DNA of 64,000 nt. Source: a virus. The notes beneath the pieces are model-generated. The model was given only the letters and a program-made list of their open reading frames with translations. It made no database searches and had not been told where the DNA came from. Below, piece after piece: positions 17,892 through 27,095 of this stretch; the stretch's first letter is position 1, and every line of letters starts with the position of its first letter. Both the position numbers and the translations under genes were made by a program. The stretch lies in the IMG/VR virus record IMGVR_UViG_3300031521_000009. One strand, given 5' to 3'.

Positions 17892-18623
17892 ATGTTGACA
17901 TTAGATGGTACACTACCAACTGGCTCATTAGGCGGTGGTAGTTCAATGGGTTCCGGAGTAGGTCTTGGAGCAGTCGGTGGTGGTGTTGCTGGGTTAGTTC
18001 TCGGTTCACTTCTTGCAAACAATGGTAATGGTTTGTTTGGTGGTGGTAACAATGGCAATGCAAATGTTGCTGAGTTTGGTGCTATCAATAACCAAATACA
18101 ATCATTGGCCGGTCAAATCAGTAATACTGCATTGACTGGTCAAATTCGTGCTGATACTATTGACCTTTCTCAAAGTATTAGTAATGTAGGTACACAAATA
18201 GGACAATTGGCGACTGCTCAAGCTGCAGCTAATTTTACTACTTTGGATTCAATCAATGGATTGGGAAGAGATATTACCGCTTCTCAAAATCAGAATGCTC
18301 TTCAACAATTAAACAGTTTCAATAACCTTACTACAACTACATTGCAAGGCTTCAATAGCTCAGCAATGCAAGTACAAAATGCTACGAATCAAATCATAGC
18401 ACAAGGTACGGCTAATGCAGCTGCTATGGCTCAATGCTGTTGTGAGATTAAGAGTACTATTCTTGCCGATGGTAATGCAACACGCGCACTTATCAATGAC
18501 TTGAATGTTCAAAATTTACGGGATCAACTTTCTGCTGCTAACAACAAAATCAGTAACAATGAACAAAATCAGTATTTGTTGAATACTATTTTGACTCATA
18601 TTACTCCTACAGCAGTAGTTTAA
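17892..18623 (+). CDS. Gly-rich/TM, Gln-Asn coiled-coil protein with CCC motif
   Basis: GxxxG-rich hydrophobic N-terminus and AMAQCCCEIK...TRALI...LRDQL. I recognise this as a recurrent phage family of unknown function. Confidence 0.75.
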   Translation: MLTLDGTLPTGSLGGGSSMGSGVGLGAVGGGVAGLVLGSLLANNGNGLFGGGNNGNANVAEFGAINNQIQSLAGQISNTALTGQIRADTIDLSQSISNVGTQIGQLATAQAAANFTTLDSINGLGRDITASQNQNALQQLNSFNNLTTTTLQGFNSSAMQVQNATNQIIAQGTANAAAMAQCCCEIKSTILADGNATRALINDLNVQNLRDQLSAANNKISNNEQNQYLLNTILTHITPTAVV

Positions 18624-18634
18624 TACTTGCAATT

Positions 18635-18943
18635 ATGGCCAGTCCAGTAATTGTAGGTACTTCGGCTATAGTAGTCGCTCCTATAAATAAGAAAAGAAGT
18701 AACATTCGATTTCAGAATACCAGTACTAATATAATCTATATAAAGAAAATTCCTTTGAGTGGTCCTTATTCGGTTGTATCTGCTACTGATTATGAAATTC
18801 AATTGTTCCCGGCATCATCTTCTCAGGAAGGTGGTGAAGCATTCGAAACTAACTCTATTGCATCTTTTATGGCTATTGCAGCCGGAGCAAGTAGTGCTTT
18901 AGCAGTTTATGAAACTAATAAGGTAACCTCTAAAACTCATTAA
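18635..18943 (+). CDS. Hypothetical beta-sandwich protein
   Basis: R..I.FQNTS.NIIYI pattern, in operon with the CCC protein. Confidence 0.65.
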   Translation: MASPVIVGTSAIVVAPINKKRSNIRFQNTSTNIIYIKKIPLSGPYSVVSATDYEIQLFPASSSQEGGEAFETNSIASFMAIAAGASSALAVYETNKVTSKTH

Positions 18944-18944
18944 G

Positions 18945-19130
18945 ATGGAAGAAATAACATTGCATTTACCTCTTAGTAAGGTAATAGAACTTGTTAGACA
19001 AGAGGAAAGAATGATGATTAAGAAATTTTTAGCTACAAATTTAAATCAACAAACTGCTGATTACATTGATCAGTATGTTCCTGTTGAATCAGAAGTATTG
19101 GCTATGTTTACATGTCCGGGCATCGGATGA
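18945..19130 (+). CDS. Hypothetical protein
   Basis: 61 aa, last gene before the terminator. Confidence 0.6.
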   Translation: MEEITLHLPLSKVIELVRQEERMMIKKFLATNLNQQTADYIDQYVPVESEVLAMFTCPGIG

Positions 19131-19147
19131 ATTTTGTAGTAGTATAT

Positions 19148-19184
19148 AAAAAGAGTTATGATTAATTTTGTAACTCTTTTTTTT
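19148..19184 (+). terminator. Intrinsic terminator
   Basis: AAAAGAGTTAT-loop-GTAACTCTTTT followed by TTTT. Confidence 0.8.
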
Positions 19185-19207
19185 GTTTAATATTTAAATT
19201 AAATCAA

Positions 19208-19516
19208 ATGGAAAATGGTAAAGAACCTAGTGCAGATTTAGGTGTAAAAAAAGTACCTGCTAATGAAGCTATTGATGGTGGTGGACAACCTTTAGCAACT
19301 GCTAAATCAGTGTTGAATTATCCACGTAATGAAGAGCTTGTTATTCAATGTGTGATTAATAGTGAAGCCGAAGGATATGCTCTTTTAAGGGCATTACAAA
19401 TCGTTGTGAATACCTTTGGTGCTACTACATGTACTCAGCTTGTTACTAAGCTTGAGAATAGTCCTAAGCTTGCTGATACTGTAAGAAAGTATATTCCTAT
19501 TGTACTAGAAATGTAA
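19208..19516 (+). CDS. Hypothetical protein
   Basis: A-rich leader, 102 aa. Confidence 0.65.
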   Translation: MENGKEPSADLGVKKVPANEAIDGGGQPLATAKSVLNYPRNEELVIQCVINSEAEGYALLRALQIVVNTFGATTCTQLVTKLENSPKLADTVRKYIPIVLEM

Positions 19517-19525
19517 TAATGGTAT

Positions 19526-19634
19526 GATCTAATGGCGGAATTGGTTATACGCATAGTAATTTAAAGAAAAGTCATACGAACTACGGTGTCAGGCTTATAC
19601 ACTATAATTCTCTGTTCGAATCAGAGTTAGATCA
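19526..19634 (+). ncRNA. tRNA-like RNA with 43-nt expansion of the anticodon loop
   Basis: Perfect acceptor GATCTAA/TTAGATC+A, Leu-type D arm GGCGGAATTGGTTATACGC, ATAGT/ACTAT stem around 43 nt, perfect T arm CTCTG TTCGAAT CAGAG. Confidence 0.8.
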
Positions 19635-19658
19635 CAAATTAATAATCAAATAATAATC

Positions 19659-19940
19659 ATGACTGAAACAACTTATGTACCTTTTAGTGATTTACAATCA
19701 CAACCTGAGCAGTTATCAACAATAACTACTATTGAACCTTATAGTCCGGCTAATGCACAAGCGACTACTCAATGTAATCCTGTTCTTACTCATTGTTATG
19801 TATGTGGCAAAGGATGGGGTTATGGCTACTGGAAACATTGTGGATGCAATACAGTGCCAGTTGGTGATGGAACGTTGCTCTTTGCTATGTTTCTGACAGT
19901 TTATGCGCTATTCAAATACTTTAAAAGAAGAAAGATATGA
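19659..19940 (+). CDS. Small protein with PID-CTERM-like sorting signal
   Basis: Ends VPVGDG + TM + KYFKRRKI. Confidence 0.55.
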   Translation: MTETTYVPFSDLQSQPEQLSTITTIEPYSPANAQATTQCNPVLTHCYVCGKGWGYGYWKHCGCNTVPVGDGTLLFAMFLTVYALFKYFKRRKI

Positions 19941-20089
19941 AACTAAAGCGTAAAAAGACATTCGTGTTCTTATTTTTATTGATGGTATTGATAGGACTTA
20001 TGTTCTTTTCTAGTGCTATCATTGAGATATTTGATATTGAATTAAGTAAACCTGCTCGAGTTTATTATGAACCCGACGAAAACAAATAA
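19937..20089 (+). CDS. 50-aa single-TM protein (not in ORF track)
   Basis: MKLKRKKTFVFLFLLMVLIGLMFFSSAIIEIFDIELSKPARVYYEPDENK. ATGA overlap upstream, 1 nt before the next ATG. Confidence 0.65.
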   Translation: MKLKRKKTFVFLFLLMVLIGLMFFSSAIIEIFDIELSKPARVYYEPDENK

Positions 20090-20090
20090 A

Positions 20091-20672
20091 ATGAAAAAAC
20101 TATTACTTCTATTGTGCTTATTACCCATAATGGCTATAGCGCAAAACTTTCTTTCCTTTGGTGGTGCTATTGTAGCTCCCAAAACAGATACCGGTAATGA
20201 AACTGGTGCCAGTCTATCCGCTTCGTTTAATCATATTATTGGACCAATAGTAATACAACCAGTAATGGCTATTACTATGATGTCCGGGATAGATAATGAA
20301 CGACGTAGAGAACGCCAATACTCATATAATGTAGAGATGGCTTCAATAGGTATTAATCTACTTAGTACTGGTAAGTTCTATGGTGTTCTTGGCTTACATT
20401 ATAATGCTAATACATTAAGCAATCAGTTTAAATTAGTTCCTAATCAATTTGATCGTACCTCACGTAATAATCTATTCTTTTCTGAATATGTTGGCATTGG
20501 TTATCGTACTTCTGTCAATATTGAATTTGGTCTTATGTATGCCAATACAAACTATATGGAAGGATATTGGCCTATAACCTCAAAGCATAACGATATGTAC
20601 TTGCAATTTAAAGTATCGTATGATATTCCTCTTCATAGTAAATGTAATTGCGAACGTAAAAATTATTATTAA
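20091..20672 (+). CDS. Secreted outer-membrane beta-barrel-like protein
   Basis: Signal peptide MKKLLLLLCLLPIMAIAQ, alternating amphipathic strands, terminal strand YLQFKVSY. Confidence 0.65.
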   Translation: MKKLLLLLCLLPIMAIAQNFLSFGGAIVAPKTDTGNETGASLSASFNHIIGPIVIQPVMAITMMSGIDNERRRERQYSYNVEMASIGINLLSTGKFYGVLGLHYNANTLSNQFKLVPNQFDRTSRNNLFFSEYVGIGYRTSVNIEFGLMYANTNYMEGYWPITSKHNDMYLQFKVSYDIPLHSKCNCERKNYY

Positions 20673-20682
20673 ATATAGCATA

Positions 20683-20955
20683 ATGGAAAATACATTTTTT
20701 GTAATAACTAGAGGTATTAATGAATATGATCAAGATGGTGAATATTTTCATGCTGTATTTATTACAAAACCAACTAGAGAAGAACTGAGGTTATTATTTT
20801 ATGGTAAAAAACATGCTCGTATTATTGGACCATCTAATGAAGAAAAATTCATTACTCATTTATTAAATGGTGGTGGTAGACAAGAATATGAAAATGAATG
20901 GTATTATCTAACTGAAATAAAATCAGGTGAATTATATAAACATTATAGTAAATAA
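20683..20955 (+). CDS. Hypothetical protein
   Basis: Likely start 20683 (MENTFFVITR). Confidence 0.65.
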   Translation: MENTFFVITRGINEYDQDGEYFHAVFITKPTREELRLLFYGKKHARIIGPSNEEKFITHLLNGGGRQEYENEWYYLTEIKSGELYKHYSK

Positions 20956-20979
20956 AATTATTACTAAAACTCAAATAAA

Positions 20980-21309
20980 ATGAAAAAAGAAAAAGTATGT
21001 GTAGGTGATACTATCGTAGTTGATGTGTGTCAACCGAAGTTCGGCCGCTTTCCGATAGGTCGCCATCAAGGTATGATATGTAAGCTTACCTATCCGGATG
21101 GTCTGAAAAGATTAGAATACGGATGTGTGATAACAGCAACAGTACTTGTCATTAAAGATAAGTCGTTATCTGTTCTTGTGGAAGAAGTGACTAAGAGTGC
21201 TGCTGCAGCTAATGCTGAATTAAGCGTTTCAATTAGTTCCCTTGCTACTTTATGGGGTAAACAAAACAATCATACCAAGAAAGATAAATCTATCATTAGA
21301 ACGCTTTAA
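20980..21309 (+). CDS. Hypothetical protein (OB/TRAM-like)
   Basis: Beta-rich VGDTIVVDV...PIGR pattern. Confidence 0.55.
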   Translation: MKKEKVCVGDTIVVDVCQPKFGRFPIGRHQGMICKLTYPDGLKRLEYGCVITATVLVIKDKSLSVLVEEVTKSAAAANAELSVSISSLATLWGKQNNHTKKDKSIIRTL

Positions 21310-21319
21310 AATCGATATT

Positions 21320-22288
21320 ATGGACTTAGAAAAAAACATAGAAATAGCTGCAGAAGTATATTCTACTAATGGTTTTGGTAAACCTGATGATTCTATGTCA
21401 GATCAAGATGGAATGTTTTTTGATTATTCAAAAGATTCATTTATTGATGGTGCTAAATCACAAGCTGCAAAAGATTATTGGTATAATGAGTTTAAAGCTG
21501 AAAAAACGCAAGAACCAAAACCAATGCATAATTTAATGGAAATGTTTAAAACTGCAGAAGGAATACTTATAGTAAAACCACCAAAACATATAGATTTTGA
21601 TAAACTTGTTGAATTGATAAAAGGTATCAGTAAGAAACCTACATTTGTTCAAGAAGATGAATCTGGTCTTGGTTTACATGGTATGCCTTTTAAAGTTGAG
21701 TTTCCAAAAGACTATCCTTGGAATGAACCGGTTATTATGACTGGTTGGAAAGAATACAAAGAGTATATGCGCGATTGTCCTGATCCATCTTTTACTTTTG
21801 AAGATTGGAAAAATATGATGACTAAATACAATCAAGTAACACGTAAAATTACTGATGAAATATCAGAAAGTGTTTTTGGTGTAGCTGGACATCCTATTGA
21901 AATTGTTCTTTCTGAAAAATGGTATCAACCAAATATATTTGATAAAACAGATTTATATGATGTTGAAGGAAAATCGAAAGGAATTATTATTGGTGTAGGA
22001 CCAGGCAAATCATGTATGCAAGAATCTCATATACTAAGAGAATATGCTAAAAATGGTGGAGTTATCATTGGTGTTGCTAATATACCTAATATTGGAAAAG
22101 GATTAAGAATGGATCCAATTACTTTCAAAGAAATGTCTATTGGTATTACTGAACAAATAAAAGAAGTTCCTATATTTGATTATACTGCTATAAGTAGAGA
22201 TTATTTAGCAAATACTATTATAGAAGATAAGCCATGGGATACTAAAAAGCAAAAGCGTAACAATTACAAAAAGAAAAGAAGAAAGTAG
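21320..22288 (+). CDS. Hypothetical protein
   Basis: Likely start 21320, basic C-terminal tail. Confidence 0.65.
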   Translation: MDLEKNIEIAAEVYSTNGFGKPDDSMSDQDGMFFDYSKDSFIDGAKSQAAKDYWYNEFKAEKTQEPKPMHNLMEMFKTAEGILIVKPPKHIDFDKLVELIKGISKKPTFVQEDESGLGLHGMPFKVEFPKDYPWNEPVIMTGWKEYKEYMRDCPDPSFTFEDWKNMMTKYNQVTRKITDEISESVFGVAGHPIEIVLSEKWYQPNIFDKTDLYDVEGKSKGIIIGVGPGKSCMQESHILREYAKNGGVIIGVANIPNIGKGLRMDPITFKEMSIGITEQIKEVPIFDYTAISRDYLANTIIEDKPWDTKKQKRNNYKKKRRK

Positions 22289-22307
22289 TTTTATTCAAAT
22301 AATTTTA

Positions 22308-22570
22308 TACATTTGCAGTCATGATACAATCAATAATTCATCCCATCACCAGCCAGACGTTTGCATTATGCAGCGACACACAACAACACGTGATTACGGT
22401 TATTATTAGATTTGTTTCGGATATCAATCAAACTTTAAAGAAAGCCTATTGCAAAGCAACACTTGAACTATCTAGTTCGTATGGTTAGATGCAAACAGGT
22501 GTCAGTAAAATAATAGATTGATATAAATTAAACGTCCAGGTACTTTATTGTATCTGGACGTTTTCGTTTC
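22308..22570 (+). promoter_or_regulatory. Promoter + leaderless 55-aa ORF (22321-22488) + terminator (attenuator-like leader)
   Basis: TACATTTG at 22308-22315, ATG 5 nt after it, terminator AAACGTCCAGGTAC/GTATCTGGACGTTT at 22530-22563. Confidence 0.6.
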
Positions 22571-22588
22571 AAATTAAAAACTAATAAA

Positions 22589-22864
22589 ATGCATACAGTA
22601 AAAATGTTGTTCGTAAAAGAACCGGTTGCTATTGTACCAACTGTTGAGTTACGTAGATACTCTTACGATACACAAGAAGAACTTAAAGTTGGTGAAGTAT
22701 ATTCTTCTCCATCTTATCCAAAGAACTTCTTACAAGTAGATTCTATTGAGCCAAAAGACGAAAGTGTAGTATTACCATACAAGATCAAAGAACTTGTTAT
22801 TGGTGAACCGTCGGCGATTGCAGTAAGTAACACAAACTTAGTATATCTCAAAAAAGTAAATTAA
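22589..22864 (+). CDS. Hypothetical protein
   Basis: A-rich leader, 91 aa. Confidence 0.65.
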   Translation: MHTVKMLFVKEPVAIVPTVELRRYSYDTQEELKVGEVYSSPSYPKNFLQVDSIEPKDESVVLPYKIKELVIGEPSAIAVSNTNLVYLKKVN

Positions 22865-22865
22865 G

Positions 22866-23267
22866 ATGAAAAATCTCATTTATAGCATATTGTCGATAAT
22901 GCTGTTTGTCGGCATGTTCTTAGGTCTTGAATATGATTTCCGGACAAACAACAATCATGTTCTTGGACTATTCTCACCTATTCAATGGATGGCAGTACTA
23001 TTCCTATTTTGGATAACTATTGTACTTCTGAATATATGCCTTGCTTATGCACTTAAACGTGTACATATAGCTTCAAGCCTATTATTCTATATTGAATCCG
23101 ATGATGAATGTCAGTTATACGTTATACCTTTCATGCAAGTCATTGTGCTTTTAAATAATTTCTTTTGTTGGCTTGCTATTATTAATGGTCGTATTAATGA
23201 CGAGGAAAGAATGCAGAAAGAATTTGATGAAGAATTTCAAAAGAATACTATTGGTTCAAAGAATTAG
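22866..23267 (+). CDS. Membrane protein
   Basis: Three hydrophobic segments. Confidence 0.6.
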   Translation: MKNLIYSILSIMLFVGMFLGLEYDFRTNNNHVLGLFSPIQWMAVLFLFWITIVLLNICLAYALKRVHIASSLLFYIESDDECQLYVIPFMQVIVLLNNFFCWLAIINGRINDEERMQKEFDEEFQKNTIGSKN

Positions 23268-23565
23268 CTCTCTCTTTAATAGCTTTTGTTATTATCATAT
23301 TACGCCTTATACAACGTTCAAGAAACACTTTGTAGATTATTTTTCTTTCAATTGGAGCTATTCGTATGCACCGGTTGAATTTGTGTGTCTTGTACACTGA
23401 TAACGTAAGAAAACCTCCACGTTTAATGATATGGGAAATTACTTGACCATAATAGTTTAGTAGTCTTTCTATATCGTTACGCGTGACAGATTTAAAATTT
23501 ACTGGATCCTGTTCTTTTACTTTGGCCAGGACTCTTTTACTTATCTCTTTATTTGTAAATAGCAT
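23248..23565 (-). CDS. HU/IHF-like DNA-binding protein, counter-oriented
   Basis: TNKEISKRV...VTRNDIERLLNYYGQVISHIIKRGGFLTL resembles the HU/IHF N-terminal helices. Own TATCTTTG promoter at 23627-23634. Confidence 0.55.
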   Translation of the reverse strand: MLFTNKEISKRVLAKVKEQDPVNFKSVTRNDIERLLNYYGQVISHIIKRGGFLTLSVYKTHKFNRCIRIAPIERKIIYKVFLERCIRRNMIITKAIKERANSLNQ

Positions 23566-23658
23566 AATGTTGTTTATATCAATTTCTACTATTGTAGATT
23601 AAATAGCATATCATAATGATTTGCGACAAAGATAACACTTTCATAAAACATAACGTAA

Positions 23659-24024
23659 ATGAAAACAAAATTAGTAAAACCGAATTTAAGCTCTTTTGAG
23701 CTAGCTAAATTGAATTTCTATGCTGACTACTTAGGTTACATATTTAAGTTCAACAGAGAGAAGAACAGTGCCCTTTTCGAAACAATAGAAAAGGAAATTG
23801 CATACATACAAATGGATGAATACAATCATCTCTTTCTTGTGTGGAAAAATGACGAACGTATAGAATTTATTGATGAAAAGATAAATATCTGTATCAAGCT
23901 CCATAAGATTAATATCCTTCCTGAGATATTCTCAACTATTTCATTAATCATTGGTATGCACGTCATGTGTGGTGAAACAGTTTCTAAACAAAAATATAAA
24001 AAGCTATGTCTACACACTTTGTAA
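23659..24024 (+). CDS. Hypothetical protein
   Basis: First ORF of the replication operon. Confidence 0.6.
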   Translation: MKTKLVKPNLSSFELAKLNFYADYLGYIFKFNREKNSALFETIEKEIAYIQMDEYNHLFLVWKNDERIEFIDEKINICIKLHKINILPEIFSTISLIIGMHVMCGETVSKQKYKKLCLHTL

Positions 24025-24341
24025 TTACAACTTATGATGAGTTCTTAGAAAAGCTTTATGTCTTATGTCCTATTGGTAATGCTGAGGTAATATACCAAGT
24101 TATGCTTACCATATTGAATAAACCACTTCCTACTAAAGAACTACTGACATTTGAATTACTATGCAAGCGATTCAAAGATTATCAGAACTTCATTAAGCCG
24201 TTCAATGCCGGTGAGAAACAGTTTATCAAAAAAGACAAAGAAGAGAAAGAACTTGGAGCGTATATTCAATTGGAAATGTACAAGAACGATTATAGCAAAC
24301 AACACAATGATCCTAATGACTTTTATTTATTTGGAGTATGA
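24006..24341 (+). CDS. Hypothetical protein (possible replication initiator C-terminal-like domain)
   Basis: YDEFLEKLYVLCP loosely resembles the FxxFWxxYP motif. Weak. Confidence 0.35.
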   Translation: MSTHFVITTYDEFLEKLYVLCPIGNAEVIYQVMLTILNKPLPTKELLTFELLCKRFKDYQNFIKPFNAGEKQFIKKDKEEKELGAYIQLEMYKNDYSKQHNDPNDFYLFGV

Positions 24342-24580
24342 AAGAAAATGAAAATAAAGATGTAATTACTCTTAATCCAGTAACTGCATTTAAGACCACA
24401 GATGGTCAGTTGTACGAAAATGATATTGATGCATTAGAACATCAAAAAGAATTGAATTTCGAGTCTGATATCATTGAATTTTCAGAAAATTATATTCCTT
24501 ATGAATCTGACAAAAGTGATTTTGTTAGATATGTAATGGAAAATAAAGATTTATTGAAAGAAATATTTGATAGATTATGA
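24338..24580 (+). CDS. Hypothetical protein
   Basis: AFKTTDGQLYE motif, overlapping starts and stops. Confidence 0.65.
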   Translation: MKENENKDVITLNPVTAFKTTDGQLYENDIDALEHQKELNFESDIIEFSENYIPYESDKSDFVRYVMENKDLLKEIFDRL

Positions 24581-25974
24581 AAAAAGATAAAGCTGTTGAT
24601 TTATTCAACCAACCTAAAGTAGTAAAACCGAAGAAAGAAAAGAAACCAAAGAAGTCAGCCGACCGGGACCCTAATGTTACTCTCAATGAAGAACAAGAAG
24701 AAGCCATTCAGCTATTACGTGCTTTTTTGAAATCTGATACTGACTTTGATTTTACTATTGAAGGTAAAGGAGGAACCGGCAAATCCTTTCTGATTCAAGA
24801 GTTATTCAAACGTAAAAAACAGAACTATGATGAATGGTATGTACCAAATACTGTAATTGGTGTATGCGTTACTCACATGGCACGTATCAATCTTATGAAG
24901 TCAATACCGAATACTACTACCTATGCTTCTGCAGCTAATCTTACAGTAATGTATGATCCTAATGGGACATTGTATTTTGTAGAGAAGTATGGTGGTAGTC
25001 AGTTCTCAGAACTTATGGGATATAAATACATCGTAGTAGATGAATGCTCTATGTTCTCAAAAGGTATGATTGCTATGCTTCGTAAGTGTTGCTCTAAAAC
25101 AGCTAAGATTATATGGCTTGGTGATTCTAATCAGTTGCCACCAATTGAAGCTGATGGAGATAATGATAGTCCTACTTTTGATTTCAAGAATAAGTATCAA
25201 CTTACCATTAAAATGCGTCAAAAGAATGAAGATCATATTGCTATTCTCGGTGATAAAATTTGTGAACATATTGCCGGTGACAAAGATATTTCTTTTCTTT
25301 CTACTATGACTCAGCAATGGGATGCAGCTAAAGGTAAAGGATATTCAATTACAACCATGGACAAGGCCATAGAAAGCTATGTAAAGAACTTTCAGGCTGG
25401 AATGGATATTCGTATCACTGCATACAGAAACAAACGTATAATCGAACACAATAAAGTAATTCGGAATATGCTTTGGGTGGAGAACTCAAATGAAATGTAT
25501 GTACCCGGCGAACTTATTGTCATGAATGAACAGTATGCACCACACATGAATATTATTGCGTACAATGGCCAATCATTCCGTATTCAAAGTCTGCATGTAG
25601 AAATGGTAGAGTTTGTTGAATGCTTTGTCATATCAGTTCCGAAAGTTGGAAGAAAACCAAAATCAAAAGAAACAGTGCAATTGCTTGTTCCTACTGAGAA
25701 TGGTTATCCTCTTTACAAAAATCATTTGGATAAGCTGAAACGTACTGCAATAAAAACGCATGAGTGGTCCGAACACCAAGCTTTCAAAGGAAAGTTTGCC
25801 AATATCTCGTATGGCTATGCTATGAATAACTATAAGATACAAGGTAGTACCATAAAGGGATGCTATGTAGATTTAAGTGATATCATGAGTGTAAAGCCTA
25901 TCTCAAATAAACGTAAGTTACAAGCCTTTTATGTAGGAGTATCGCGCGCTACTCACTTTTTAGCAATATTTTAA
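24577..25974 (+). CDS. SF1B helicase (Dda/RecD-like)
   Basis: GKGGTGKS, VVDECSM, LGDSNQLPPI, MRQ, YKIQGST, FYVGVSRA. Confidence 0.9.
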   Translation: MKKDKAVDLFNQPKVVKPKKEKKPKKSADRDPNVTLNEEQEEAIQLLRAFLKSDTDFDFTIEGKGGTGKSFLIQELFKRKKQNYDEWYVPNTVIGVCVTHMARINLMKSIPNTTTYASAANLTVMYDPNGTLYFVEKYGGSQFSELMGYKYIVVDECSMFSKGMIAMLRKCCSKTAKIIWLGDSNQLPPIEADGDNDSPTFDFKNKYQLTIKMRQKNEDHIAILGDKICEHIAGDKDISFLSTMTQQWDAAKGKGYSITTMDKAIESYVKNFQAGMDIRITAYRNKRIIEHNKVIRNMLWVENSNEMYVPGELIVMNEQYAPHMNIIAYNGQSFRIQSLHVEMVEFVECFVISVPKVGRKPKSKETVQLLVPTENGYPLYKNHLDKLKRTAIKTHEWSEHQAFKGKFANISYGYAMNNYKIQGSTIKGCYVDLSDIMSVKPISNKRKLQAFYVGVSRATHFLAIF

Positions 25975-25975
25975 T

Positions 25976-27084
25976 ATGATACTAACAACAATTGAGCAAA
26001 ATAAATATGATATTCTGGTAGATATTCAAAAGAACTTTCCAGCACTTACTTTTCAACATGTCGGTTATGATTATATTGATAAAAGTAAACTCACTGAAGC
26101 AGATAAACAAGCCTGGAAAGAAGTTGAAACTTTATTGCGTAAAGCTATCAAAGGATTTGATTGTTTCAAAAACTTCTGTCATACTAAAAAAGGAATATTA
26201 CAAATCCGATTTGATTATGGTTGGGGCTGGGAACTTGAAAATGGTATTGCTGTACATAGAGGAATATCATTTACCGGTGTTGGTTATTTAGAGTTACAAG
26301 AGTTACTTAATGGATTTAATGAAAACAAAGTATGATTATAGCGATATATGATTTTAAAATAAAAGGGTTTCCTGAAATAATTGAAGAAGTAATCTGTAGA
26401 AAAAGAACACCAATTCATTTTTCTGAAAAAAGGTTTCCTATGTCAGATATTACTCTTGAATTTATTTACGTAGGGTTTTAATTAATAATATCATGGCAGA
26501 ATATAGTGATAAAATGTATTACGAAGATCAACTGAAAAAACTCAAAGACACAAAGACTATAAATGTCTGTTTTGTTGATTATCGTGGTGAACGTACCAGT
26601 TGGATAATGCTGAATAATGACAGCATAGAAGTATTAATCGAGTTCTTAGAATCTCAAAAAACAAAAACATAAATGATTAAAATTGGACTAAAAGCAAATG
26701 CTCAATGGTCTTTTGAAGCAATGAATGGCAATACGCTTGGTGGTGAAACTGATACTTCTAAAAATTTTCGAAGTATTATGCATCTTAGCCCAGAACAGTT
26801 CTTTGATTATAAAGAGCTTCTTGACAAACATGGATGTGATAATATAAAATCACTAACCGAGCTTACAGAGAATCAAAAAATTGAGTATAAATGTGACTAT
26901 ATATGTTACATAATTAATAAGTAAAATGAAAAGAACAATAGTTATCATAACCATTGAACACCATACAGAAGGTGAGTTTCAAACAAAGTTTTCTAATGCT
27001 GCAGATTTAATATCTCAAGGGTTTAAAAATGCTGAATATTCCAATGATGAAGATGAAGTAACAATGGAGTTTAAACGATCATAA
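25976..27084 (+). CDS. Run of five small hypothetical genes (25976-26335, 26332-26481, 26493-26672, 26673-26924, 26926-27084)
   Basis: Contiguous ORFs. Three are under 60 aa and were hand-translated. Confidence 0.6.
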
Positions 27085-27095
27085 ACAGAAGCATA

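Noticed and set aside
20050-20085. Hammerhead-like CTGCTCGA...CGAAA
   Set aside because: Does not match CUGANGA, lacks flanking stems, and lies inside the 19937-20089 ORF.
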